DNA of 64,000 nucleotides. Origin: Acidisphaera sp. GTDB taxonomy: Bacteria > Pseudomonadota > Alphaproteobacteria > Acetobacterales > Acetobacteraceae. The notes beneath the pieces were generated by a model, which was not told the DNA's origin, did not search any database, and saw only the letters and a program-made list of their open reading frames with translations. Below are positions 53,432 to 63,164 of the stretch, in pieces (position 1 is the first letter of the stretch; each line of letters opens with the position of its first letter). A program made the position numbers and the translations under genes. The DNA lies in contig JAFAYM010000161.1 in the NCBI GenBank assembly GCA_019240395.1, positions 26,789 to 90,788 of the forward strand, given 5' to 3'.

Positions 53432-55855
53432 TTGAGCGAACTGCCGACCCAGGCCCGGATCGTCATCATCGGCGGCGGGATCGTCGGCTGCAGCCTCGCC
53501 TATCACCTGGCTCGCCGGGGCTGCACCGATTTCGTCCTGCTCGAGCGCCGCCAGCTCACCTGCGGCACGACGTGGCACGCCGCCGGCCTGGTCGGGCAGC
53601 TTCGCGCCACCCACAACCTGACGCGGCTCGCGCAGTACACCGCCGGCCTGTTCGGCTCGCTCGAGGCGGAAACCGGGCAGGCCACCGGCTTCCGGCAGGT
53701 TGGCTCGCTGGCTGTGGCGAGCCGGCCGGAGCGCTTCGAGGAACTGAAGCGCGGCGCCTCCATGGCGCGCTGCTTCGGCCTCGAAGCCGAGGTGCTCACG
53801 CCGGAGGAGGCGGGCCGGCTCCATCCGCTGCTGCAGACGCGCGATCTGCTCGGCGCCGTGTTCCTGCCGAAGGACGGACAGACCAACCCGGTCGACACCA
53901 CCCAGGCCCTGGCAAAGGGTGCCAGGCAGCGCGGCGGCCGCATCCTCGAGGGCATACCGGTAAATGCGATCCTGCGCCGGAACGGCGCCGTCAGCGGGGT
54001 GGTCACGCCGCTCGGCGAAATCGCTGCGGAGATCGTGGTGAATTGCGCCGGTATGTGGGCGCGCGATCTCGCGGCGTCCTGCGGCGTCGCCGTGCCGCTG
54101 CACGCGGCCGAGCATTTCTACGTCGTCACCGAGCCGATCGCTGCACTGCCTTCCGCCCTGCCGGTGCTGCGCGATCCCGACAGCCGTGCCTATTTCAAGG
54201 ACGAAGCGGGCAAGCTGCTGGTCGGCTGGTTCGAGGCGGCGGCGAAACCATGGGGAATGGCGGGCATCCCCGAGAGCTTCTGTTTCGACCAGCTCCCCGC
54301 CGATGTCGAGCACATCGCGCCGGAGCTCGAACGCGCGATGCATCGCGTGCCGGCGCTGGCCGACACCGGCATCCAGCTCTTCTTCAACGGTCCCGAGAGC
54401 TTCACCCCCGATGATCGCTACCTGCTCGGCGAGGCGCCGGAGCTGCGCAATTTCTTCGTGGCGGCGGGCTTCAATTCGATCGGCATCCAGTCCTCCGGCG
54501 GCGCCGGAAAAGTGCTCGCCGACTGGATCCTCGACGGTCACCCGCCGATGGATCTGTGGGATGTCGATATCCGGCGCTGCATGCCGTTCCAGCGCAACCG
54601 CCGCTATCTGCGTGACCGCACCGTCGAGACGCTCGGCCTGCTCTATGACATGCACTGGCCGTTCCGGCAGGTGGCGACCTCGCGCGGCGTTCGGCAATCG
54701 CCGCTGCACGACCGCCTCGCCGCGCGTGGCGCCTGCTTCGGCGAAGTCGCGGGATGGGAGCGCGCGAACTGGTACGCGCCGGCCGGGGTCGCGCCGGAAT
54801 ACCGCTACAGCTACGGCCGGCAGAACTGGTTCGACCACTCCGCCGCCGAGCACGCGGCCGTGCGCGAGGCGGTCGGACTGTTCGACCAGACCTCGTTCGG
54901 GAAGTTCATCCTGGAGGGGCCGGACGCCGAAGCCGTCATCGACCGGATCTGCGCCAACGACTTGGCAGTCCCGCCGCAGCGCGTCGTCTACACCCAGTGG
55001 CTCAACGAGCGGGGCGGCATCGAAGCCGACCTGACGGTCACGCGCGAAACCGAGGACCGCTTCCTCGTGGTGACCAGCGCAGCGAGCCAGACACGCGACC
55101 TCAGCTGGCTGCGCCGGCACATTCCCGAGGACGCCCGCGCGACCGTGTTCGACGCAACCTCCGCCTACGCGGTGCTCGGCGTCATGGGCCCACGCTCGCG
55201 CGAGCTGCTGACGCGGCTCACCGACGAGGATCTGTCGAACGCAGCCTTTCCCTTCGCCACATCCCGCGAGATCGACCTCGCCTATGCGCGAGTCCGCGCC
55301 ACCCGTATCACCTATGTCGGCGAGCTGGGCTGGGAACTCTACATTCCCACCGAATTTGCCGCCGGCGTGTTCGATGCGTTGATCGAGGAGGGCACGCCGC
55401 TCGGCTTGCGCCTCGCCGGTCATCACGCGCTGGATTCGCTGCGCATCGAGAAGGCGTATCGCCACTGGGGCCACGACATCACCGATCAGGACACGCCGCT
55501 GGAGGCGGGACTTGGCTTCGCCGTGGCGCTCGGCAAGTCCCGTCCGTTCATCGGGCGCGAGGCAGTGCTGCGGCAGAAGGCCTCCGGCATCAAGCGCCGC
55601 CTCCTTACCTTCGCCTTGGAAAATGAAGGCCGCCTACTCTACGGGAACGAGCCGATCTGGCGCGACGGGACGCTGGTCGGACGGATCACATCCGGCATGT
55701 TCGGCCACACCATCGGCAAGCCGATCGGACTTGGGTATGTGGAGGACAAGAGCATCGAGGGGCGATATGAGATCGAGATCGCGGGAGAACGCATCGCGGC
55801 GAGGGCCACCGTTGGTGCGCTCTACGATCCGACATCGGCGCGAGTCAGGGGATGA
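53432..55855 (+). CDS. FAD-dependent oxidoreductase fused to a GcvT-like folate-binding domain (dimethylglycine/sarcosine dehydrogenase-like), paralogue 1
   Basis: IVIIGGGIVGCSLAYHLA dinucleotide fold, TTWHAAGL, and a C-terminal aminomethyltransferase-like part (ITYVGELGWELY, LDSLRIEKAYRHWGHD). Start inferred as TTG 53432 with GGGGGA 6 nt upstream. Confidence 0.8.
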   Translation: MSELPTQARIVIIGGGIVGCSLAYHLARRGCTDFVLLERRQLTCGTTWHAAGLVGQLRATHNLTRLAQYTAGLFGSLEAETGQATGFRQVGSLAVASRPERFEELKRGASMARCFGLEAEVLTPEEAGRLHPLLQTRDLLGAVFLPKDGQTNPVDTTQALAKGARQRGGRILEGIPVNAILRRNGAVSGVVTPLGEIAAEIVVNCAGMWARDLAASCGVAVPLHAAEHFYVVTEPIAALPSALPVLRDPDSRAYFKDEAGKLLVGWFEAAAKPWGMAGIPESFCFDQLPADVEHIAPELERAMHRVPALADTGIQLFFNGPESFTPDDRYLLGEAPELRNFFVAAGFNSIGIQSSGGAGKVLADWILDGHPPMDLWDVDIRRCMPFQRNRRYLRDRTVETLGLLYDMHWPFRQVATSRGVRQSPLHDRLAARGACFGEVAGWERANWYAPAGVAPEYRYSYGRQNWFDHSAAEHAAVREAVGLFDQTSFGKFILEGPDAEAVIDRICANDLAVPPQRVVYTQWLNERGGIEADLTVTRETEDRFLVVTSAASQTRDLSWLRRHIPEDARATVFDATSAYAVLGVMGPRSRELLTRLTDEDLSNAAFPFATSREIDLAYARVRATRITYVGELGWELYIPTEFAAGVFDALIEEGTPLGLRLAGHHALDSLRIEKAYRHWGHDITDQDTPLEAGLGFAVALGKSRPFIGREAVLRQKASGIKRRLLTFALENEGRLLYGNEPIWRDGTLVGRITSGMFGHTIGKPIGLGYVEDKSIEGRYEIEIAGERIAARATVGALYDPTSARVRG

Positions 55856-55864
55856 GAAGGAAGC

Positions 55865-55997
55865 AAGGCGAGGGCTCTGCCCCAACCGCTGAAGCATGGG
55901 ACCCGCTGGGGGCAGCGGCCCCCAGACCCCATCACTTAAGTAACGGATTCCAAAGGCTCCGCCTTTGGCGGGGTCGAGGGGCAGAGCCCCTCGCCTT
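55865..55997. repeat. Family A MITE-like element, full-length copy in inverted orientation
   Basis: This is the reverse complement of the 19546-19672 architecture, with one extra internal segment. It ends GGGGTCGAGGGGCAGAGCCCCTCGCCTT, 2 nt before the TTG start at 56000. Confidence 0.9.
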
Positions 55998-55999
55998 GC

Positions 56000-58414
56000 T
56001 TGCTTCCTAGCCACGCCCGCGTCGCCATCATCGGCGGCGGCGCTGTCGGCTGCAGCGCGCTCTACCACCTGGCAAAGCTCGGCTGGACGGATACGATTCT
56101 CCTCGAGAAGGACGAGCTGACCTCCGGCTCGACCTGGCACGCCGCCGGCAACTGTCCGAATTTCTCCGGCAGCTGGGGGCTGATGAAACTCCAGCGCTAT
56201 TCGACGGCGCTCTACGCGCGCCTCGGCGAGGAGGCCGGCTATCCCATCACCTACACCATCACCGGCGCGGTGCGCCTCGCGCACACCACGGAGCGGCTCG
56301 ACGAACTCCGCCACATCACCGCCATGGCACGCCACCAGGGCATCGAGTTCGCGATGCTCACCCCGAGCGAACTCCAGGAAAGATACCCGTTCGTCGCACT
56401 GCACGATCTGCTCGGCGCGCAATGCGACCCGCTCGACGGCGACATCGATCCGGCGCAGCTGACCCAGGCCTTCGCCAAGGCGGCACGCGATCTCGGCGCC
56501 CGCATCATCCGCTTCTGCCCGGTGCTCGGATTGGCGCAGCTGCCGGACGGGCAGTGGCGGATCGACACGCGGCAAGGCACGGTCACCGCCGAGATCGTCG
56601 TCAACGCCGCCGGCTACCGTGCCGACGAGATCGGCGTCATGGTCGGCCGCGACGTGCCGAACGTGGCGCTGTCGCACCAGTATCTCGTCACCGAGGACAT
56701 CCCCGAACTCGTCGCCCGGCCGGGCAAGCTGCCGATCCTGCGCGATCCCGACGACAGCTATTACCTCCGGCAGGAGCGGCACGGCCTCCTGCTCGGCCCA
56801 TACGAGTGGCAGGCGACGCCGCACTGGACCGGCGGCAAGCCGGCAGACTTCTCGTTCCAGCTCTTCCCCGACGATCTCGAACGCCTGCAGCCACAGATCG
56901 AAAGTGCGTGCGCGCGCGTCCCGATACTCGGATCGGTGGGCATAAAGAAGGTGATCAACGGGCCGATTCCCTACACGCCGGACGGCAATCCGCTGATCGG
57001 TCCGGCGCCCGGTCTGCGCAATTTCTTCGAGTGCTGCGTGTTTTCCTTCGGCATCGTGCAGGCCGGCGGCGCCGGCAAGACCATCGCCGAGTGGATCGTC
57101 GAGGGTGAGCCCGAATGGGATCTCTGGTCATGCGACCCGCGCCGCTACACCGGCTTCGTGACCCGCCCCTATGTCGTCGCCAAGGCCATCGAGCTCTATC
57201 AGAACGAATATGCCATCGGCTTCCCGTTCGAGGAACGTCCGGCCGGACGACCGGTCAGGACGTCTCCGCTCTATCCTCTGCTGCGCGCCAAGGCGGCGCT
57301 GTTCGGCCCGCGCAACGGATGGGAACGCGCGACCTGGTTCCCTCGCGACATGCATGAAGTGGACTCGCAGCCGACACTCCGTCGCCCGGCCTGGTTTGCA
57401 GCGGTCGCCGAGGAATGCCGTGCCGTCGCCGAGCGCGTCGGCGTCGCCGATCTGCCGGGGTTTTCCCGCTTCGAGCTGCGCGGCCGCGGCGCCGCCGCGT
57501 GGCTCGACGGGCTGATCGCCGGCGCGCTGCCGCGGGTCGGCAGGATCGCTCTTGCCTATGTGCTGACCGGGAAGGGCGGCGTGCTGTCGGAGATGACGGT
57601 GACGCGGCTCGGCGAGGATCATTTCTGGCTGCTCGGCGCCAGCGCCGGCGAGTGGCATGACGAGGATCGCCTGCGCGCCAGCCTCCCCTCAGGCATCGAG
57701 CTGCGCAATACATCCGCGCACACCAGCACCCTCGTCCTTGCCGGCCCCCGGTCGCGCGACCTGCTGTCGACGCTGACGCGAGCCGATCTCGGCAACGACG
57801 CTTTCCCCTGGCTGTCCTGGCGACGCATCACGGTGGGCGCGATCGAGGTGACGGCGCTGCGCGTGAACTACGTCGGCGAGCTCGGCTGGGAATTGCACGT
57901 GCCCATGGAGAACCTCGTCGCGGTCTACGAAATGCTCCATGAGGCGGGACGCGCCTACGACATCCGCGATTTCGGCCTCTACGCCATCGACTCGCTGCGC
58001 CTGGAGAAGTGCTACCGCTCCTGGAAACAGGATCTCAGCACGGAATGGTCAGCCTGGGCGGCGGGCCTCAACCGCTTCGTCAAGCTGGAGAAGCCGGATT
58101 TTCCGGGCCGGAGCGCGTTGCTGACGGAGCAGCGGCAAGGCATCCGCGAACGCCTGGTGCCGCTGCTGGTGGACGCGACGGATGCCGACGCCCCGGCTTT
58201 CTCAAGCGTGTTCGACAACGGCAAGCGTGTCGGGCTGGTGACGTCCGGCGGCTATGGGCATCGGCTCGAACGATCGATCGCGCTGGCCTATATCCGCGCC
58301 GACCTGGCAAGTCCCGGACGCGCGCTGGAGGTCGAAATCTTCGGCGAGCGCCGCCGCGCGACGGTCGGGGTCGAGCCGCTCTACGACCCGGCGAACGCGC
58401 GCCTCAAGGCCTAG
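56000..58414 (+). CDS. FAD-dependent oxidoreductase fused to a GcvT-like folate-binding domain, paralogue 2
   Basis: VAIIGGGAVGCSALYHLA, STWHAAGN, VNYVGELGWELHVP and IDSLRLEKCYRSWKQD. The only in-frame start close to the GGGAVG fold is TTG 56000, at the repeat edge. Confidence 0.8.
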   Translation: MLPSHARVAIIGGGAVGCSALYHLAKLGWTDTILLEKDELTSGSTWHAAGNCPNFSGSWGLMKLQRYSTALYARLGEEAGYPITYTITGAVRLAHTTERLDELRHITAMARHQGIEFAMLTPSELQERYPFVALHDLLGAQCDPLDGDIDPAQLTQAFAKAARDLGARIIRFCPVLGLAQLPDGQWRIDTRQGTVTAEIVVNAAGYRADEIGVMVGRDVPNVALSHQYLVTEDIPELVARPGKLPILRDPDDSYYLRQERHGLLLGPYEWQATPHWTGGKPADFSFQLFPDDLERLQPQIESACARVPILGSVGIKKVINGPIPYTPDGNPLIGPAPGLRNFFECCVFSFGIVQAGGAGKTIAEWIVEGEPEWDLWSCDPRRYTGFVTRPYVVAKAIELYQNEYAIGFPFEERPAGRPVRTSPLYPLLRAKAALFGPRNGWERATWFPRDMHEVDSQPTLRRPAWFAAVAEECRAVAERVGVADLPGFSRFELRGRGAAAWLDGLIAGALPRVGRIALAYVLTGKGGVLSEMTVTRLGEDHFWLLGASAGEWHDEDRLRASLPSGIELRNTSAHTSTLVLAGPRSRDLLSTLTRADLGNDAFPWLSWRRITVGAIEVTALRVNYVGELGWELHVPMENLVAVYEMLHEAGRAYDIRDFGLYAIDSLRLEKCYRSWKQDLSTEWSAWAAGLNRFVKLEKPDFPGRSALLTEQRQGIRERLVPLLVDATDADAPAFSSVFDNGKRVGLVTSGGYGHRLERSIALAYIRADLASPGRALEVEIFGERRRATVGVEPLYDPANARLKA

Positions 58415-60141
58415 CCGTATCCCGCCTTCGCCATGAACTGCCGCGCCAGGTCCATGTCGAAAGGAAGCGGCTTGAGCACGTCGTGGTCGTATTCGGGTGC
58501 CGACCACGGGATCGGCACGGTGCCGGGCTGGCCGTAGCCGGCCGCCATCTGCTTGATGATCTGGTCGCGCGGCGTCGCGAAGCTGATCGCCTTGCGGATA
58601 TAGGCGGCGGCCTCGGCGGCGCGCGACGGGTCCTGCTTGCCGAGCGACGTCTCGGTGCCGGTGCCGAATATGGGATGGCGCATGTTGTAGCAGATGTGCT
58701 GCCACTTGTAGCTGTCGAAGCGCAGCACCTTGCCCCAGGACGGGTCGATCGTGCTGGCCAGCGTGCCGATGTCGTACATCGGGTCGTGCGCGTCGATGTC
58801 CCCCGACTTCAGCGCGCTGAGCACCGCATCGGTGCCCTGGATGTTGACGTGGTAGTAGGTCTGCACGTTGCCGGTAGTCGGCCGCCAGTATTTCGGATTC
58901 CGCACGTATTTGAAGGCTTTGCGCGAGGGGTCGAAGCCGGCGGCGATCCACGGGCCGGTGCCGATCCCGCCATGCGCGGTATAGCTGCCCGCCGCCGTCT
59001 TCACGGTGAATGAACCGCGCCAGGTGTTGACGACGTGGCCACGCATCTGCTCGGGCTTGATGTCCTGATAGGCGTGCTGCGGCATGATGGCGACGGCGCC
59101 CAGCACGAATTCCCGGAACAGCATGGAATAGGCGGGCAAGGTCACGGTGATCTCGTTCGGACCGGTGACCTGGTAGGCGCCGGAGCCGCCGAACACCTCC
59201 TGCAGGTTCGAGCGGAATTCGCTCGCGTAGGCCGGGTTGAGAATGGTGTCCCAGGTGAATTTCACGTCCTGGGCCGTGAGTTTCTCGCCGCTGTGCCAGA
59301 GCACGTCCTGGCGCAGCGTGATCACCCACCGCTTGCCGTCTGCTGACGAGGTCACCGTCTCCGCCAGCGCCGGCACCAGACTCTTCTTCTCCCAGCTGTC
59401 GTATTCCAGGAGGCGGTCATAGACCGGCCCGGAAACGTTGGAGTCCTGGTAGCCCTCGGTGTACATCGGCAGCGCGGAATCCGGCTCCGGCCAGCACGCG
59501 AAGGTGGCGCTGGCGTCGGCCCCGGCTCCTTCGATCGTCCAGTTCTCGGGCCGCGGATAGAATACCGGCTGGAAGGTGGTGGAGTCGAAGCCGCTCAGCT
59601 TCGGATTAACCGCGATCACGTCCTCCGGGTAGAAGAGGATGGTCAGCGGCTCGATCTCGACCCAGCGCTTCTCGAAATCGTGGATCGACGTCATCTGCTG
59701 CGCCGTATCCGTGGTGGCGGCGTACTCCGCCACGGTGCGGTCGATCACCGGGTCCGCGACGTAGTAGTAGTTCAGGCCGCCCGGCGGTATCGCCTTGCTG
59801 GAAAACAGCGTGTTCGGCAGCGGCTTGATCGATTCGTAGTAGTAGCGCTCGAGATAGGCGTCCCAGCCGCCGTCGACATAGGTCTTGCCGTCCCCCTTGT
59901 TGCGGCGCGGATAGATCGCCGGGAACGGCACGTAGCTCGGCACCACGTCGATGCCGAGCAGGGTCATCTGCCGCGCCGCGAGCGTGCCCCAGGCCATGCG
60001 CGCCGGCTGATTGTTGGGGATCATGAAATAGAGCTTGAAGAACGGTCCCGCCGCGCGGGCTCGCCGGATCGCCGGCGCCGCAAGCGCACCCGCCGCCCCG
60101 GCCGCCTTCAGGAGATCACGACGGCTCGGGTGTACCGGCAT
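58411..60141 (-). CDS. ABC transporter substrate-binding protein, family 5 (peptide/nickel/opine type), Tat-type signal
   Basis: ATG 60141 gives MPVHPSRRDLLKAAGAAGALAAPAIRRARA. 576 aa of typical SBP_bac_5 size. Divergent from the dpp-like permease genes. Confidence 0.8.
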   Translation of the reverse strand: MPVHPSRRDLLKAAGAAGALAAPAIRRARAAGPFFKLYFMIPNNQPARMAWGTLAARQMTLLGIDVVPSYVPFPAIYPRRNKGDGKTYVDGGWDAYLERYYYESIKPLPNTLFSSKAIPPGGLNYYYVADPVIDRTVAEYAATTDTAQQMTSIHDFEKRWVEIEPLTILFYPEDVIAVNPKLSGFDSTTFQPVFYPRPENWTIEGAGADASATFACWPEPDSALPMYTEGYQDSNVSGPVYDRLLEYDSWEKKSLVPALAETVTSSADGKRWVITLRQDVLWHSGEKLTAQDVKFTWDTILNPAYASEFRSNLQEVFGGSGAYQVTGPNEITVTLPAYSMLFREFVLGAVAIMPQHAYQDIKPEQMRGHVVNTWRGSFTVKTAAGSYTAHGGIGTGPWIAAGFDPSRKAFKYVRNPKYWRPTTGNVQTYYHVNIQGTDAVLSALKSGDIDAHDPMYDIGTLASTIDPSWGKVLRFDSYKWQHICYNMRHPIFGTGTETSLGKQDPSRAAEAAAYIRKAISFATPRDQIIKQMAAGYGQPGTVPIPWSAPEYDHDVLKPLPFDMDLARQFMAKAGYG

Positions 60142-60195
60142 GCTGCGTTCCTCTCGGGGGCGTCCAAGCCGACCACTCGCGGGGAATGGTGTCAA

Positions 60196-60234
60196 GAAGC
60201 AAGCCATGGGGTCCGGAGCCCCTCGCCTTGCTTC
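60196..60234. repeat. Family A element remnant (ends only)
   Basis: GAAGCAAG...GGAGCCCCTCGCCTTGCTTC matches the outermost ends of the 55865-55997 copy. The interior is missing. Confidence 0.45.
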
Positions 60235-60259
60235 CTGCTCTGCCCTAACGTCCACCCCG

Positions 60260-61228
60260 ATGGGCATCCTGCGCTTCATCCTGCGGCGGCTGATGTTCGC
60301 GGTCGTGCTGATCGTGGGCGTCAGCGCGATCATCTTCTTCCTGGTCAATGCCATCGGCAATCCGGTGGCGATGCTGGCCGCCAGCCAGCCGAATGCCACG
60401 GAAGATTCGGTTGCCGAGCTGACTCGCTACTACCATCTGGATCAGCCGGCCTGGCTGCGTTACCTGCTGTGGCTGTGGAACCTGGCGCGCCTCGATTTCG
60501 GCAGCAGCATCACCTACAACCAGCCGGTCGCGCAGATGCTGGCGATCTGGGGCTTCGAGACGCTGAAGATCCAGATTCCCGCCATCCTGCTCGCGCTCGG
60601 CCTCGCCATCCTGATCGCCACCATCGCCTCGCGCCGGCAGGGTTCACGGCTGGATTTCGGCGTGATGTCGACAGCATTGCTCGGACAGTCGCTGCCCGCG
60701 TTCCTGATGGGCGTCCTGCTGATCCTGGTGTTCGCCTACTGGCTCGGCATCTTCCCCAGCTATGGCGCCTATTCCACCCGCACCCTGCTGCTGCACAGTT
60801 CGCTCGCCGACGGGCTGTGGCACATGGTGCTGCCCGTTGCGATGCTCACCTTCTTCAACACCGCCACCCTAACCTTGCTGCTGCGCGCCAACATGGTGGA
60901 GGTGCTGCGCCATGACTACATCATGGCGGCGCGCGCCAGCGGCCTGCCGGAGCGGCGGATCATCTTCGGTCACGCGCTCCGCAATGCCATCATCCCCGTG
61001 CTGACCTATCTCGGCATCCTGTTCGGCCTGATGCTGGCGACCGCGCCGGTCACCGAGACGGTGTTCACCTGGCCAGGCCTCGGCTTCCTCTACATCAACG
61101 CCATCCAGCAGCTCGACTATCCCGTCATCATGGGGGAGAGCGTGGTGATCGCCGCGATGCTGGTGCTGGCGACGCTGGCGACCGACATCGCCTACGTGCT
61201 GATCGATCCGCGGATCCGGCTGGATTGA
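60260..61228 (+). CDS. ABC transporter permease (DppB/OppB-like)
   Basis: MGILRFILRRLMFAVVLIVGVSAIIFFL N-terminus and the EAA-like loop (DYIMAARASGLPERRIIFGHALRNA). Confidence 0.9.
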   Translation: MGILRFILRRLMFAVVLIVGVSAIIFFLVNAIGNPVAMLAASQPNATEDSVAELTRYYHLDQPAWLRYLLWLWNLARLDFGSSITYNQPVAQMLAIWGFETLKIQIPAILLALGLAILIATIASRRQGSRLDFGVMSTALLGQSLPAFLMGVLLILVFAYWLGIFPSYGAYSTRTLLLHSSLADGLWHMVLPVAMLTFFNTATLTLLLRANMVEVLRHDYIMAARASGLPERRIIFGHALRNAIIPVLTYLGILFGLMLATAPVTETVFTWPGLGFLYINAIQQLDYPVIMGESVVIAAMLVLATLATDIAYVLIDPRIRLD

Positions 61229-61230
61229 GG

Positions 61231-62163
61231 ATGGACACGAGCCTTCCCGCCCGGTCCAGGATACGCGCGCCGCGCCGGCCCGGCGTCTGGCGCCAGGGCT
61301 GGCGGCGGCTGCGCCGCAACCGCACCGGCATGCTCGGCCTCACGCTCGTGGCGCTGGTCGTGCTGGTCGCCGTGTTCTGCCCGCTGCTGGCGCCGTACAA
61401 TCCGGACGACCAGTCCGCCATGATGAGCTTCGGCGCCAGCGCGCCCCCGGCCTGGTCGCACATCATGGGCACCGACCGGCTCGGCTACGACATCGCCAGC
61501 CGCATCGTCTATGGCGCGCCCACCGCGCTGACCGTGGGCGTCGGCGCGATGCTGATCGCCTCGCTCATCGGCGTGACGATCGGCGGCATCAGCGGCTATG
61601 CCGGCGGGCTCGCCGACGAGCTGCTGATGCGCTTCACCGAGTTCTTCCTGGTGATCCCGGTCTTCCTGGTGATCCTGTCGGTGGTGCGGCTGTTCGGCAT
61701 CATCGTCGTCGGCACCTGGCTCGAGAGCGTGCCGCATCTCAATCTCGGCACCATCATCGTCCTGCTCGGCGTGTTCGGCTGGCCGCCGATCGCCCGCCTG
61801 ACCCGCGCCGAATTCCTGCGGCTGCGCCAGCTCGAATTCGTCGAGGCCGCACGCTGCATCGGCGCCCGGCGGCGCGACATCCTGCTGCGCCACATCCTGC
61901 CCAATGCGCTGCCCTCGATAATCGTCGTGGTGGCGCTCGGGGTCGGCGCGGCGATCCTGTCGGAGGCGATGATCAGCTTTCTCGGCTTCGGCGATCCGAA
62001 CGCGGTGAGCTGGGGCCAGCTGCTGTATTTCAACTACGAGACCTTGAAGGTGGCGCCATGGGCTTCGCTGGCTCCCGGTGCGGCGATCTTCATCACGGTG
62101 CTGGGCTTCAACCTGCTCGCCGACGGGCTCTCTGACGCGTTCAATCCGAGGCTGCGGCAGTGA
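61231..62163 (+). CDS. ABC transporter permease (DppC/OppC-like)
   Basis: HIMGTDRLGYDIASRIVYG and EFVEAARCIGARRRDILLRHILPNA. Start is ATG 61231, or TTG 61225 overlapping the upstream stop. Confidence 0.9.
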   Translation: MDTSLPARSRIRAPRRPGVWRQGWRRLRRNRTGMLGLTLVALVVLVAVFCPLLAPYNPDDQSAMMSFGASAPPAWSHIMGTDRLGYDIASRIVYGAPTALTVGVGAMLIASLIGVTIGGISGYAGGLADELLMRFTEFFLVIPVFLVILSVVRLFGIIVVGTWLESVPHLNLGTIIVLLGVFGWPPIARLTRAEFLRLRQLEFVEAARCIGARRRDILLRHILPNALPSIIVVVALGVGAAILSEAMISFLGFGDPNAVSWGQLLYFNYETLKVAPWASLAPGAAIFITVLGFNLLADGLSDAFNPRLRQ

Positions 62164-63164
62164 CCGCGCCGCTGCTGGATGTCGAAGCGCTGAGCATCGA
62201 GTTCCAGACCCCGAGCCGCAAGGTCCGCCCGGTGGACGGCGTGGATTTCGCCATCGGCCGCAACCAGACGCTGGGCCTGGTGGGCGAATCCGGCAGCGGC
62301 AAGACGATGTCCAGCCTGGGGCTGCTGCGCCTGGTGCCGCGGCCCGGCCGCATCGTCGGCGGGCGCATCGGTTTCGACGGACAGGACCTGCTCGCGCTTT
62401 CGGAGCCGGAGATGGCGGCGCTGCGCGGCCGGCGCATGGCCATGGTGTTCCAGAACCCGGCCTATTCGCTCAACCCGCTGCTGACCATCGGCCGCCAGCT
62501 CGGCGAGATCGTCGCCTGGCACGAGCGGCTCGGCCGCGCCGACGCCGAGGCGCGCGTCGCCGACCTGCTCGGCCTCGTCGGCATCGCCGATCCCGGCGCC
62601 CGGCTGCGCCAGTTTCCGCACGAGCTGAGCGGCGGCATGAAGCAGCGCGTCTGCATCGCCCGTGCGCTGCTCTGCGATCCGTGGCTGATTCTGGCGGATG
62701 AGCCGACGACCAATCTGGACGTGACCATCCAGGCGCAGATCCTCGACCTGCTGCGCTCGCTGAAGGAGCGCCTGCACACCGCGATGCTGCTGGTCACCCA
62801 CGACATGGGTGTGGTGGCGCGCATGGCGGACCGCATCACCGTGATGTATGCGGGACGGGTCTGCGAGACCGCCGATGCGCGCACCATCTTCCGCGCGCCG
62901 CTGCATCCCTACACGATCGCGCTGCTGGAAAGCGTGCCGCGCGCCGACCGTGCCTATGACCGGGGGCGGCGCGAGACGCTGCCGGTGATCGGCGGCCGCC
63001 TGCCCGACATGACCCATCCGCCCGCCGGCTGCCGCTTCCACCCGCGCTGCCCGGAGGCGATCGCCGAATGCAGCCGGGTGCTGCCGCTGGCCACACCGGT
63101 CGCCCCTGGCCATGTCGTGAGCTGCATCCGCCGCGGCAGCGCCTCCATTCCGGTTGCGGCATGA
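62160..63164 (+). CDS. ABC transporter ATP-binding protein (DppD/OppD-like)
   Basis: Walker A GESGSGKT, signature LSGGMKQRV, Walker [13 protein letters not shown], and a C-terminal oligopeptide-type extension with CRFHPRC. Confidence 0.9.
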   Translation: MTAPLLDVEALSIEFQTPSRKVRPVDGVDFAIGRNQTLGLVGESGSGKTMSSLGLLRLVPRPGRIVGGRIGFDGQDLLALSEPEMAALRGRRMAMVFQNPAYSLNPLLTIGRQLGEIVAWHERLGRADAEARVADLLGLVGIADPGARLRQFPHELSGGMKQRVCIARALLCDPWLILADEPTTNLDVTIQAQILDLLRSLKERLHTAMLLVTHDMGVVARMADRITVMYAGRVCETADARTIFRAPLHPYTIALLESVPRADRAYDRGRRETLPVIGGRLPDMTHPPAGCRFHPRCPEAIAECSRVLPLATPVAPGHVVSCIRRGSASIPVAA

